64,000 nt of DNA. Origin: the human T2T-CHM13v2.0 reference genome, Homo sapiens. A program made the position numbers and the translations under genes. Below the pieces are notes generated by a model that was given only the letters and a program-made list of their open reading frames with translations, did no database searches and was not told where the DNA came from. The stretch lies in NCBI RefSeq assembly GCF_009914755.1, contig NC_060944.1; one strand, 5' to 3'. Positions within the stretch are counted from its first letter, which is position 1; each line of letters opens with the position of its first letter. Below, one piece after another: positions 24,562-38,000 of this stretch.

Positions 24562-26938
24562 CATTCTCAGAAACTTATTTGTGATGTATGTACTCAACTA
24601 ACAGAACTAAACCATCGTTTTGAAGGAGCAGTTTTGAAACACTGTTTTTGCGGAATCTGCAACTGGATATTTGGCTAGCTGGGAGGATTTCGTTGGAAAC
24701 GGGATTACATACAAAAAGCAGAGAGCAGAATTCTCAGAAACTTCTTTGTGATGTTTGCATTCAAGTCACAGAGTTGAACATTCCCTTTCATAGAGCAGGT
24801 TTGAAACACTCTTTTTGTAATATCTGGATGTGGACATTTGGATCGCTTTCAGGCCTATGGTGAAAAAGGAAATATCTTCCCATGAAAACTAGACAGAAGC
24901 ATTCTCAGAAACTTATTTGTGATGTGTGCCCTCAACTGACAGTGTTGAACCTTTGTTTTGATAGAGCAGTTCTGAAACACACTTTTTGTAAAATCTGCAA
25001 GAGGATATTTGGATAGCTTTGAGGATTTCGTTGGAAACGGGAATGTCTTCATGTAAACTCTAGACAGAAGCATTCTCAGAAACTGCTTTGGGATGTTTCA
25101 ATTGAAGTCCCAGTGTTGAACATTCCCTTTCATAGAGCAGGTTTGAAACACTCTTTTTGTACTATCTGGAAGTGGACATTTGGAGCGCTTTCAGGTCTAC
25201 GGTGAAAAAGGAGATATCTTCCAATAAAAACTAGATAGAAGCAATGTCAGAACTTTTTTCATGATGTATCTACTCAGCAAACAGAGTTGAACCTTTCTTT
25301 TGAGAGAGCAGTTTTGAAACACTCTTTTTGTGGAATATGCAAGTGGGTATTAGGCCGCTTTGGAGGATTTCGTTGGAAACGGGAATACGTATAAAAAGCA
25401 GACAGCAGCATTGTCAGAAACTACTTTGTGATGTTTGCATTCAAGTCACAGAATTGAACACTCCCTTTCACAGAGCAGGTTTGAAACACTCTTTTTGTAG
25501 TGTCTGTAAGTGAACATTTGGATTGCTTTCAGGCCTAAGGTGAAAAAGGAAATATCTTCCCATAAAAACTAGACAGAAGCATTCTCAGAAACTTGTTTGT
25601 GATGTGTGCCCTCTACTGACAGAGTTGAACCTTTCTTTGCAAAGAGCAGCTTTGAAACACTCTTTTTGTAGAATCTGCAAGAGGATATTTGGATAGCTTT
25701 GAGGATTTCGTTGGAAACGGGTATGTCTTCAGATAAACTCTAGACAGAAGCATTCTCAGAAACTTCTTTGGGATGTTGCATTCAAGTCACAGAGTAGAAC
25801 ATTCCCATTCATAGAGCAGATTTGAAACACTCTTTTTGTAGTATCTGGAAGTGGACATTTGGAGCGCTTTCAGGCCTATGTTGAAAAAGGAAATATCTTC
25901 CCATAAAAACTAGACGGAAGCATTCTCAGAAACTTACTTGTGATGTGTTTGCTCAACTAACAGAATTGAACCATCGTTTTGAAGGAGCAGTTTTGAAACA
26001 CTGTTTTCGTGGAATCTGCAAGTGGATATTTGGCTAGCTTTGAGGATTTCGTTGGAAACGGGATTACATATAAAAAGGAGACAGCAGCATTCTCAGAAAT
26101 TTCTTTGTGATGTCTGCATTCAATTCACAGAGTTGAGCATTCCCTTTCATAGAGCAGGTTGGAAACACTCTTTTTGTAGTATCTGGATGAGGACATTTGG
26201 AGCGCTTTCAGGCCTATGGTGAAAAAGGAAATATCTTCCCGTAAAAACTAGACAGAAGCATTCTCGGAAGTTTATTTGTGATGTGTGCCCTCAACTAACA
26301 GAGTTGAACCTTTCTTTTGATAGAGCAGTTTTGAAACACTCTTTTTGTAAAATCTGCAAGAGGATATTTGGATAGCTTTGAGGATTTCATTGCAAACGGG
26401 AAGGGCTTCATATAAACTCTGGACAGAAGCATTCTCAGAAACTTCTTTGGGATGTTTCGATTGAAGTCCCAGTGTTGAACATTCCCTTTTATAGAGCAGG
26501 TTGGAAACACTCTTTCTGCATTCCCTGGAAGTGGACATTTGGAGCGCTTTCAGGACGACGGTGAAAATGGAAATATCTTCCAAGAAAATCTAGATAGAAG
26601 CAACGTCAGAAACTTTTATGTGATGGATCTACTCAGCTAACAGAGTTGAACCTTTCTTTTGAGAGAGCAGTTTTGCAACACTCTTTTTGTGGAATATGCA
26701 AGTGGATATTAGGGCAGCTTTGAGGATTTCGTTGGAAACGGGAATACATGTAAAAAGCAGACAGCAGCATTCTCAGAAACTTCTTTGTGATGTTTGCATT
26801 GAAGTCACAGAGTTGAACATTCCCTTTGAGAGAGCAGGTTTGAAACACGCCTTTTGTCATATCTGGAAGTGTCCATTCGGAGCGCATTCAGGCTTGTGTT
26901 GAAAAAGGAAATATCCTCCCATAAAAACTAGACAGAAG
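24562..26938 (+). repeat. 14-mer structural-variant HOR (H10, 2377 bp; 342-bp deletion of one dimer)
   Basis: Anchor spacing drops to 2377 bp (2719-342). After m6 the sequence goes to an m9-type monomer (GAGCAGCTTTG at ~25650; box ...AAACGGGTATG). The TTTCTTGGGAAACGGG and TCTATAAGTG...GGCGTGC segments are absent. Confidence 0.95.
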
Positions 26939-29657
26939 CATTCTCAGAAACTTATCTGTGATGTATGTACTCAACTAACGGAACTAAACCATCGTTTTGA
27001 AGGAGCAGTTTTGAAACACTCTTGTTGCGGAATCTGCAAGTGGATATTTGGCTAGCTGGGAGGATTTCGTTGGAAACCGGATTACATACAAAAAGCAGAG
27101 AGCAGCATTCTCAGAAACTTCTTTGTGATGTTTGCATTCAAGTCACAGAGTTGAACATTCCCTTTCATAGAGCAGGTTTGAAACACTCTTTTTGTAGTAT
27201 CTGGATGTGGACATTTGGATCGCTTTCAGGCCTATGGTGAAAAAGGAAATATCTTCCCATGAAAACTAGACAGAAGCATTCTCAGAAACTTATTTGTGAT
27301 GTGTGCCCTCAACTGACAGTGTTGAACCTTTGTTTTGATAGAGCAGTTCTGAAACACACTTTTTGTAAAATCTGCAAGAGGATATTTGGATAGCTTTGAG
27401 GATTTCGTTGGAAACGGGAATGTCTTCATGTAAACTCTAGACAGAAGCATTCTCAGAAACTGCTTTGGGATGTTTCAATTGAAGTCCCAGTGTTGAACAT
27501 TCCCTTTCATAGAGCAGGTTTGAAACACTCTTTTTGTACTATCTGGAAGTGGACATTTGGAGCGCTTTCAGGTCTACGGTGAAAAAGGAGATATCTTCCA
27601 ATAAAAACTAGATAGAAGCAATGTCAGAACTTTTTTCATGATGTATCTACTCAGCAAACAGAGTTGAACCTTTCTTTTGAGAGAGCAGTTTTGAAACACT
27701 CTTTTTGTGGAATATGCAAGTGGGTATTAGGCCGGCTAGGAGGATTTCGTTGGAAACGGGAATACGTATAAAAAGCAGACAGCAGCATTGTCAGAAACTA
27801 CTTTGTGATGTTTGCATTCAAGTCACAGAATTGAACACTCCCTTTCACAGAGCAGGTTTGAAACACTCTTTTTGTAGTGTCTGTAAGTGAACATTTGGAT
27901 TGCTTTCAGGCCTAAGGTGAAAAAGGAAATATCTTCCCATAAAAACTAGACAGAAGCATTCTCAGAAACTTGTTTGTGATGTGTGCCCTCTACTGACAGA
28001 GTTGAACCTTTCTTTGCAAAGAGCAGTTTTGAAACACTCTTTTTGTAGAATCTGCAAGAGGATATTTGGATAGCTTTGAGGATTTCTTGGGAAACGGGAA
28101 TGTCTTCAGATAAACTCTAGACAGAAGCATTCTCAGAAACTTCTTTGGGATGTTTTAATTGAAGTCACAGTGTTGAACATTCCCTTTCACAGAGCAGGTT
28201 TGAAACACTCTTTTTGTAGTGTCTATAAGTGAACATTTGGCGTGCTTTCAGGCCTAACGTGAAAAAGGAAATATCTTCCCATAAAAACTAGACAGAAGCA
28301 TTCTCAGAAACTTGTTCGTGATGTGTGCCCTCTACTGACAGAGTTGAACCTTTCTTTGCAAAGAGCAGCTTTGAAACACTCTTTTTGTAGAATCTGCAAG
28401 AGGATATTTGGATAGCTTTGAGGATTTCGTTGGAAACGGGTATGTCTTCAGATAAACTCTAGACAGAAGCATTCTCAGAAACTTCTTTGGGATGTTGCAT
28501 ACAAGTCACAGAGTAGAACATTCCCATTCATAGAGCAGATTCGAAACACTCTTTTTGTAGTATCTGGAAGTGGACATTTGGAGCGCTTTCAGGCCTATGT
28601 TGAAAAAGGAAATATCTTCCCATAAAAACTAGATGGAAGCATTCTCAGAAACTTACTTGTGATGTGTTTGCTCAACTAACAGAATTGAACCATCGTTTTG
28701 AAGGAGCAGTTTTGAAACACTGTTTTCGTGGAATCTGCAAGTGGATATTTGGCTAGCTTTGAGGATTTCGTTGGAAACGGGATTACATATAAAAAGGAGA
28801 CAGCAGCATTCTCAGAAACTTCTTTGTGATGTCTGCATTCAAGTCACAGGGTTGAGCATTCCCTTTCATAGAGCAGGTTGGAAACACTCTTTTTGTAGTA
28901 TCTGGATGAGGACATTTGGAGCGCTTTCAGGCGTATGGTGAAAAAGGAAATATCTTCCCGTAAAAACTAGACAGAAGCATTCTCAGAAATTTATTTGTGA
29001 TGTGTGCCCTCAACTAACAGAGTTGAACCTTTCTTTTGATAGAGCAGTTTTGAAACACTCTTTTTGTAAAATCTGCAAGAGGATATTTGGATAGCTTTGA
29101 GGATTTCGTTGCAAACGGGAATGGCTTCATATAAACTCTAGACAGAAGCATTCTCAGAAACTTCTTTGGGATGTTTCGATTGAAGTCCCAGTGTTGAACA
29201 TTCCCTTTTATAGAGCAGGTTGGAAACACTCTTTCTGCATTCCCTGGAAGTGGACATTTGGAGCGCTTTCAGGACGACGGTGAAAATGGAAATATCTTCC
29301 AATAAAATCTAGATAGAAGCAATGTCAGAAACTTTTATGTGATGGATCTACTCAGCTAACAGAGTTGAACCTTTCTTTTGAGAGAGCAGTTTTGCAACAC
29401 TCTTTTTGTGGAATATGCAAGTGGATATTAGGGCAGCTTTGAGGATTTCGTTGGAAACGGGAATACATGTAAAAAGCAGACAGCAGCATTCTCAGAAACT
29501 TCTTTGTGATGTTTGCATTGAAGTCACAGAGTTGAACATTCCATTTGAGAGAGCAGGATTGAAACACGCCTTTTGTCATATCTGGAAGTGTCCATTCAGA
29601 GCGCATTCAGGCTTGTGTTGAAAAAGGAAATATCCTCCCATAAAAACTATACAGAAG
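26939..29657 (+). repeat. 16-mer HOR copy H11
   Basis: 2719-bp spacing; all 16 monomers present, including the dead-box m7 at ~28083. Confidence 0.95.
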
Positions 29658-32034
29658 CATTCTCAGAAACTTATTTGTGATGTATGTACTCAACTAACAG
29701 AACTAAACCATCGTTTTGAAGGAGCAGTTTTGAAACACTGTTTTTGCGGAATCTGCAACTGGATATTTGGCTAGCTGGGAGGATTTCGTTGGAAACGGGA
29801 TTACATACAAAAAGCAGAGAGCAGAATTCTCAGAAACTTCTTTGTGATGTTTGCATTCAAGTCACAGAGTTGAACATTCCCTTTCATAGAGCAGGTTTGA
29901 AACACTCTTTTTGTAATATCTGGATGTGGACATTTGGATCGCTTTCAGGCCTATGGTGAAAAAGGAAATATCTTCCCATGAAAACTAGACAGAAGCATTC
30001 TCAGAAACTTATTTGTGATGTGTGCCCTCAACTGACAGTGTTGAACCTTTGTTTTGATACAGCAGTTCTGAAACACACTTTTTGTAAAATCTGCAAGAGG
30101 ATATTTGGATAGCTTTGAGGATTTCGTTGGAAACGGGAATGTCTTCATGTAAACTCTAGACAGAAGCATTCTCAGAAACTGCTTTGGGATGTTTCAATTG
30201 AAGTCCCAGTGTTGAACATTCCCTTTCATAGAGCAGGTTTGAAACACTCTTTTTGTAGTATCTGGAAGTGGACATTTGGAGCGCTTTCAGGTCTACGGTG
30301 AAAAAGGAGATATCTTCCAATAAAAACTAGATAGAAGCAATGTCAGAACTTTTTTCATGATGTATCTACTCAGCAAACAGAGTTGAACCTTTCTTTTGAG
30401 AGAGCAGTTTTGAAACACTCTTTTTGTGGAATATGCAATTGGGTATTAGGCCGCTTTGGAGGATTTCGTTGGAAACGGGAATACGTATAAAAAGCAGACA
30501 GCAGCATTGTCAGAAACTACTTTGTGATGTTTGCATTCAAGTCACAGAATTGAACACTCCCTTTCACAGAGCAGGTTTGAAACACTCTTTTTGTAGTGTC
30601 TGTAAGTGAACATTTGGATTGCTTTCAGGCCTAAGGTGAAAAAGGAAATATCTTCCCATAAAAACTAGACAGAAGCATTCTCAGAAACTTGTTTGTGATG
30701 TGTGCCCTCTACTGACAGAGTTGAACCTTTCTTTGCAAAGAGCAGCTTTGAAACACTCTTTTTGTAGAATCTGCAAGAGGATATTTGGATAGCTTTGAGG
30801 ATTTCGTTGGAAACGGGTATGTCTTCAGATAAACTCTAGACAGAAGCATTCTCAGAAACTTCTTTGGGATGTTGCATTCAAGTCACAGAGTAGAACATTC
30901 CCATTCATAGAGCAGATTTGAAACACTCTTTTTGTAGTATCTGGAAGTGGACATTTGGAGCGCTTTCAGGCCTATGTTGAAAAAGGAAATATCTTCCCAT
31001 AAAAACTAGACGGAAGCATTCTCAGAAACTTACTTGTGATGTGTTTGCTCAACTAACAGAATTGAACCATCGTTTTGAAGGAGCAGTTTTGAAACACTGT
31101 TTTCGTGGAATCTGCAAGTGGATATTTGGCTAGCTTTGAGGATTTCGTTGGAAACGGGATTACATATAAAAAGGAGACAGCAGCATTCTCAGAAATTTCT
31201 TTGTGATGTCTGCATTCAATTCACAGAGTTGAGCATTCCCTTTCATAGAGCAGGTTGGAAACACTCTTTTTGTAGTATCTGGATGAGGACATTTGGAGCG
31301 CTTTCAGGCCTATGGTGAAAAAGGAAATATCTTCCCGTAAAAACTAGACAGAAGCATTCTCGGAAGTTTATTTGTGATGTGTGCCCTCAACTAACAGAGT
31401 TGAACCTTTCTTTTGATAGAGCAGTTTTGAAACACTCTTTTTGTAAAATCTGCAAGAGGATATTTGGATAGCTTTGAGGATTTCATTGCAAACGGGAAGG
31501 GCTTCATATAAACTCTGGACAGAAGCATTCTCAGAAACTTCTTTGGGATGTTTCGATTGAAGTCCCAGTGTTGAACATTCCCTTTTATAGAGCAGGTTGG
31601 AAACACTCTTTCTGCATTCCCTGGAAGTGGACATTTGGAGCGCTTTCAGGACGACGGTGAAAATGGAAATATCTTCCAAGAAAATCTAGATAGAAGCAAC
31701 GTCAGAAACTTTTATGTGATGGATCTACTCAGCTAACAGAGTTGAACCTTTCTTTTGAGAGAGCAGTTTTGCAACACTCTTTTTGTGGAATATGCAAGTG
31801 GATATTAGGGCAGCTTTGAGGATTTCGTTGGAAACGGGAATACATGTAAAAAGCAGACAGCAGCATTCTCAGAAACTTCTTTGTGATGTTTGCATTGAAG
31901 TCACAGAGTTGAACATTCCCTTTGAGAGAGCAGGTTTGAAACACGCCTTTTGTCATATCTGGAAGTGTCCATTCGGAGCGCATTCAGGCTTGTGTTGAAA
32001 AAGGAAATATCCTCCCATAAAAACTAGACAGAAG
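29658..32034 (+). repeat. 14-mer structural-variant HOR (H12, 2377 bp)
   Basis: Same 342-bp deletion and junction as H10, offset by exactly 5096 bp (diagnostic C at 25650 vs 30746). Confidence 0.95.
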
Positions 32035-35000
32035 CATTCTCAGAAACTTATCTGTGATGTATGTACTCAACTAACGGAACTAAACCATCGTTTTGAAGGA
32101 GCAGTTTTGAAACACTCTTGTTGCGGAATCTGCAAGTGGATATTTGGCTAGCTGGGAGGATTTCGTTGGAAACCGGATTACATACAAAAAGCAGAGAGCA
32201 GCATTCTCAGAAACTTCTTTGTGATGTTTGCATTCAAGTCACAGAGTTGAACATTCCCTTTCATAGAGCAGGTTTGAAACACTCTTTTTGTAGTATCTGG
32301 ATGTGGACATTTGGATCGCTTTCAGGCCTATGGTGAAAAAGGAAATATATTCCCATGAAAACTAGACAGAAGCATTCTCAGAAACTTATTTGTGATGTGT
32401 GCCCTCAACTGACAGTGTTGAACCTTTGTTTTGATAGAGCAGTTCTGAATCACACTTTTTGTAATATCTGCAAGAGGATATTTGGATAGCTTTGAGGATT
32501 TCGTTGGAAACGGGAATGTCTTCATGTAAACTCTAGACAGAAGCATTCTCAGAAACTGCTTTGGGATGTTTCAATTGAAGTCCCAGTGTTGAACATTCCC
32601 TTTCATAGAGCAGGTTTGAAACACTCTTTTTGTACTATCTGGAAGTGGACATTTGGAGCGCTTTCAGGTCTACGGTGAAAAAGGAGATATCTTCCAATAA
32701 AAACTAGATAGAAGCAATGTCAGAACTTTTTTCATGATGTATCTACTCAGCAAACAGAGTTGAACCTTTCTTTTGAGAGAGCAGTTTTGAAACACTCTTT
32801 TTGTGGAATATGCAAGTGGGTATTAGGCCAGCTTGGAGGATTTCGTTGGAAACGGGAATACGTATAAAAAGCAGACAGCAGCATTGTCAGAAACTACTTT
32901 GTGATGTTTGCATTCAAGTCACAGAATTGAACACTCCCTTTCACAGAGCAGGTTTGAAACACTCTTTTTGTAGTGTCTGTAAGTGAACATTTGGATTGCT
33001 TTCAGGCCTAAGGTGAAAAAGGAAATATCTTCCCATAAAAACTAGACAGAAGCATTCTCAGAAACTTGTTTGTGATGTGTGCCCTCTACTGACAGAGTTG
33101 AACCTTTCTTTGCAAAGAGCAGTTTTGAAACACTCTTTTTGTAAAATCTGCAAGAGGATATTTGGATAGCTTTGAGGATTTCTTGGGAAACGGGAATGTC
33201 TTCAGATAAACTCTAGACAGAAGCATTCTCAGAAACTTCTTTGGGATGTTTCAATTGAAGTCACAGTGTTGAACATTCCCTTTCACAGAGCAGGTTTGAA
33301 ACACTCTTTTTGTAGTGTCTATAAGTGAACATTTGGCGTGCTTTCAGGCCTAACGTGAAAAAGGAAATATCTTCCCATAAAAACTAGACAGAAGCATTCT
33401 CAGAAACTTGTTCGTGATGTGTGCCCTTTACTGACAGAGTTGAACCGTTCTTTGCAAAGAGCAGCTTTGAAACACTCTTTTTGTAGAATCTGCAAGAGGA
33501 TATTTGGATAGCTTTGAGGATTTCGTTGGAAACGGGTATGTCTTCAGATAAACTCTAGACAGAAGCATTCTCAGAAACATCTTTGGGATGTTGCATTCAA
33601 GTCACAGAGTAGAACATTCCCATTCATAGAGCAGATTTGAAACACTCTTTTTGTAGTATCTGGAAGTGGACATTTGGAGCGCTTTCAGGCCTATGTTGAA
33701 AAAGGAAATATGTTCCCATAAAAACTAGACGGAAGCATTCTCAGAAACTTACTTGTGATGTGTTTGCTCAACTAACAGAATTGAACCATCGTTTTGAAGG
33801 AGCAGTTTTGAAACACTGTTTTCGTGGAATCTGCAAGTGGATATTTGGCTAGCTTTGAGGATTTCGTTGGAAACGGGATTACATATAAAAAGGAGACAGC
33901 AGCATTCTCAGAAACTTCTTTGTGATGTCTGCATTCAAGTCACAGAGTTGAGCATTCCCTTTCATAGAGCAGGTTGGAAACACTCTTTTTGTAGTATCTG
34001 GATGAGGACATTTGGAGCGCTTTCAGGCCTATGGTGAAAAAGGAAATATCTTCCCGTAAAAACTAGACAGAAGCATTCTCAGAAATTTATTTGTGATGTG
34101 TGCCCTCAACTAACAGAGTTGAACCTTTCTTTTGATAGAGCAGTTTTGAAACACTCTTTTTGTAAAATCTGCAAGAGGATATTTGGATAGCTTTGAGGAT
34201 TTCATTGCAAACGGGAATGGCTTCATATAAACTCTAGACAGAAGCATTCTCAGAAACTTCGTTGGGATGTTTCGATTGAAGTCCCAGTGTTGAACATTCC
34301 CTTTTATAGAGCAGGTTGGAAACACTCTTTCTGCATTCCCTGGAAGTGGACATTTGGAGCGCTTTCAGGACGACGGTGAAAATGGAAATATCTTCCAATA
34401 AAATCTAGATAGAAGCAACGTCAGAAACTTTTATGTGATGGATCTACTCAGCTAACAGAGTTGAACCTTTCTTTTGAGAGAGCAGTTTTGCAACACTCTT
34501 TTTGTGGAATATGCAAGTGGATATTAGGGCAGCTTTGAGGATTTCGTTGGAAACGGGAATACATGTAAAAAGCAGACAGCAGCATTCTCAGAAACTTCTT
34601 TGTGATGTTTGCATTGAAGTCACAGAGTTGAACATTCCCTTTGAGAGAGCAGGTTTGAAACACGCCTTTTGTCATATCTGGAAGTGTCCATTCGGAGCGC
34701 ATTCAGGCTTGTGTTGAAAAAGGAAATATCCTCCCATAAAAACTAGACAGAAGCATTCTCAGAAACTTATCTGTGATGTATGTACTCAACTAACAGAACT
34801 AAACCATCGTTTTGAAGGAGCAGTTTTGAAACACTCTTTTTGCGGAATCTGCAAGTGGATATTTGGCTAGCTGGGAGGATTTCGTTGGAAACGGGATTAC
34901 ATACAAAAAGCAGACAGCAGCATTCTCAGAAACTTCTTTGTGATGTTTGCATTCAAGTCACAGAGTTGAACATTCCCTTTCATAGAGCAGGTTTGAAACA

Positions 35001-38000
35001 CTCTTTTTGTAGTATCTGGATGTGGACATTTGGATCGCTTTCAGGCCTATGGTGAAAAAGGAAATATCTTCCCATGAAAACTAGACAGAAGCATTCTCAG
35101 AAACTTATTTGTGATGTGTGCCCTCAACTGACAGTGTTGAACCTTTGTTTTGATAGAGCAGTTCTGAAACACACTTTTTGTAAAATCTGCAAGAGGATAT
35201 TTGGATAGCTTTGAGGATTTCGTTGGAAACGGGAATGTCTTCATGTAAACTCTAGACAGAAGCATTCTCAGAAACTGCTTTGGGATGTTTCAATTGAAGT
35301 CCCAGTGTTGAACATTCCCTTTCATAGAGCAGGTTTGAAACACTCTTTTTGTACTATCTGGAAGTGGACATTTGGAGCGCTTTCAGGTCTACGGTGAAAA
35401 AGGAGATATCTTCCAATAAAAACTAGATAGAAGCAATGTCAGAACTTTTTTCATGATGTATCTCCTCAGCAAACAGAGTTGAACCTTTCTTTTGAGAGAG
35501 CAGTTTTGAAACACTCTTTTTGTGGAATATGCAAGTGGGTATTAGGCCAGCTTGGAGGATTTTGTTGGAAACGGGAATACGAATAAAAAGCAGACAGCAG
35601 CATTGTCAGAAACTACTTTGTGATGTTTGCATTCAAGTCACAGAATTGAACACTCCCTTTCACAGAGCAGGTTTGAAACACTCTTTTTGTAGTGTCTGTA
35701 AGTGAACATTTGGATTGCTTTCAGGCCTAAGGTGAAAAAGGAAATATCTTCCCATAAAAACTAGACAGAAGCATTCTCAGAAACTTGTTTGTGTTGTTTG
35801 CCCTCTACTGACAGAGTTGAACCGTTCTTTGCAAAGAGCAGTTTTGAAACACTCTTTTTGTAGAATCTGCAAGAGGATATTTGGATAGCTTTGAGGATTT
35901 CTTGGGAAACGGGAATGTCTTCAGATAAACTCTAGACAGAAGCATTCTCAGAAACTTCTTTGGGATGTTTCAATTGAAGTCACAGTGTTGAACATTCCCT
36001 TTCACAGAGCAGGTTTGAAACACTCTTTTTGTAGTGTCTATAAGTGAACATTTGGCGTGCTTTCAGGCCTAACGTGAAAAAGGAAATATCTTCCCATAAA
36101 AACTAGACAGAAGCATTCTCAGAAACTTGTTCGTGATGTGTGCCCTCTACTGACAGAGTTGAACCTTTCTTTGCAAAGAGCAGCTTTGAAACACTCTTTT
36201 TGTAGAATCTGCAAGAGGATATTTGGATAGCTTTGAGGATTTCGTTGGAAACGGGTATGTCTCCAGATAAACTCTAGACAGAAGCATTCTCAGAAACTTC
36301 TTTGGGATGTTGCATTCAAGTCACAGAGTAGAACATTCCCATTCATAGAGCAGATTTGAAACACTCTTTTTGTAGTATCTGGAAGTGGACATTTGGAGCG
36401 CTTTCAGGCCTATGTTGAAAAAGGAAATAGCTTCCCATAAAAACTAGATGGAAGCATTCTCAGAAACTTACTTGTGATGTGTTTGCTCAACTAACAGAAT
36501 TGAACCATCGTTTTGAAGGAGCAGTTTTGAAACACTGTTTTCTTGGAATCTGCAAGTGGATATTTGGCTAGCTTTGAGGATTTCGTTGGAAACGGGATTA
36601 CATATAAAAAGGAGACAGCAGCATTCTCAGAAACTTCTTTGTGATGTCTGCATTCAAGTCACAGGGTTGAGCATTCCCTTTCATAGAGCAGGTTGGAAAC
36701 ACTCTTTTTGTAGTATCTGGATGAGGACATTTGGAGCGCTTTCAGGCGTATGGTGAAAAAGGAAATATCTTCCCGTAAAAACTAGACAGAAGCATTCTCA
36801 GAAATTTATTTGTGATGTGTGCCCTCAACTAACAGAGTTGAACCTTTCTTTTGATAGACCAGTTTTGAAACACTCTTTTTGTAAAATCTGCAAGAGGATA
36901 TTTGGATAGCTTTGAGGATTTCGTTGCAAACGGGAATGGCTTCATATAAACTCTAGACAGAAGCATTCTCAGAAACTTCGTTGGGATGTTTCGATTGAAG
37001 TCCCAGTGTTGAACATTCCCTTTTATAGAGCAGGTTGGAAACACTCTTTCTGCATTCCCTGGAAGTGGACATTTGGAGCGCTTTCAGGACGACGGTGAAA
37101 ATGGAAATATCTTCCAATAAAATCTAGATACAAGCAATGTCAGAAACTTTTATGTGATGGATCTACTCAGCTAACAGAGTTGAACCTTTCTTTTGAGAGA
37201 GCAGTTTTGCAACACTCTTTTTGTGGAATATGCAAGTGGATATTAGGGCAGCTTTGAGGATTTCGTTGGAAACGGGAATACATGTAAAAAGCAGACAGCA
37301 GCATTCTCAGAAACTTCTTTGTGATGTTTGCATTGAAGTCACAGAGTTGAACATTCCATTTGAGAGAGCAGGATTGAAACACGCCTTTTGTCATATCTGG
37401 AAGTGTCCATTCGGAGCGCATTCAGGCTTGTGTTGAAAAAGGAAATATCCTCCCATAAAAACTAGACAGAAGCATTCTCAGAAACTTATTTGTGATGTAT
37501 GTACTCAACTAACAGAACTAAACCATCGTTTTGAAGGAGCAGTTTTGAAACACTGTTTTTGCGGAATCTGCAAGTGGATATTTGGCTAGCTGGGAGGATT
37601 TCGTTGGAAACGGGATTACATACAAAAAGCAGACAGCAGCATTCTCAGAAACTTCTTTGTGATGTTTGCATTCAAGTCACAGAGTTGAACATTCCCTTTC
37701 ATAGAGCAGGTTTGAAACACTCTTTTTGTAGTATCTGGATGTGGACATTTGGATCGCTTTCAGGCCTATGGTGAAAAAGGAAATATCTTCCCATGAAAAC
37801 TAGACAGAAGCATTCTCAGAAACTTATTTGTGATGTGTGCCCTCAACTGACAGTGTTGAACCTTTGTTTTGATAGAGCAGTTCTGAAACACACTTTTTGT
37901 AAAATCTGCAAGAGGATATTTGGATAGCTTTGAGGATTTCGTTGGAAACGGGAATGTCTTCATGTAAACTCTAGACAGAAGCATTCTCAGAAACTGCTTT

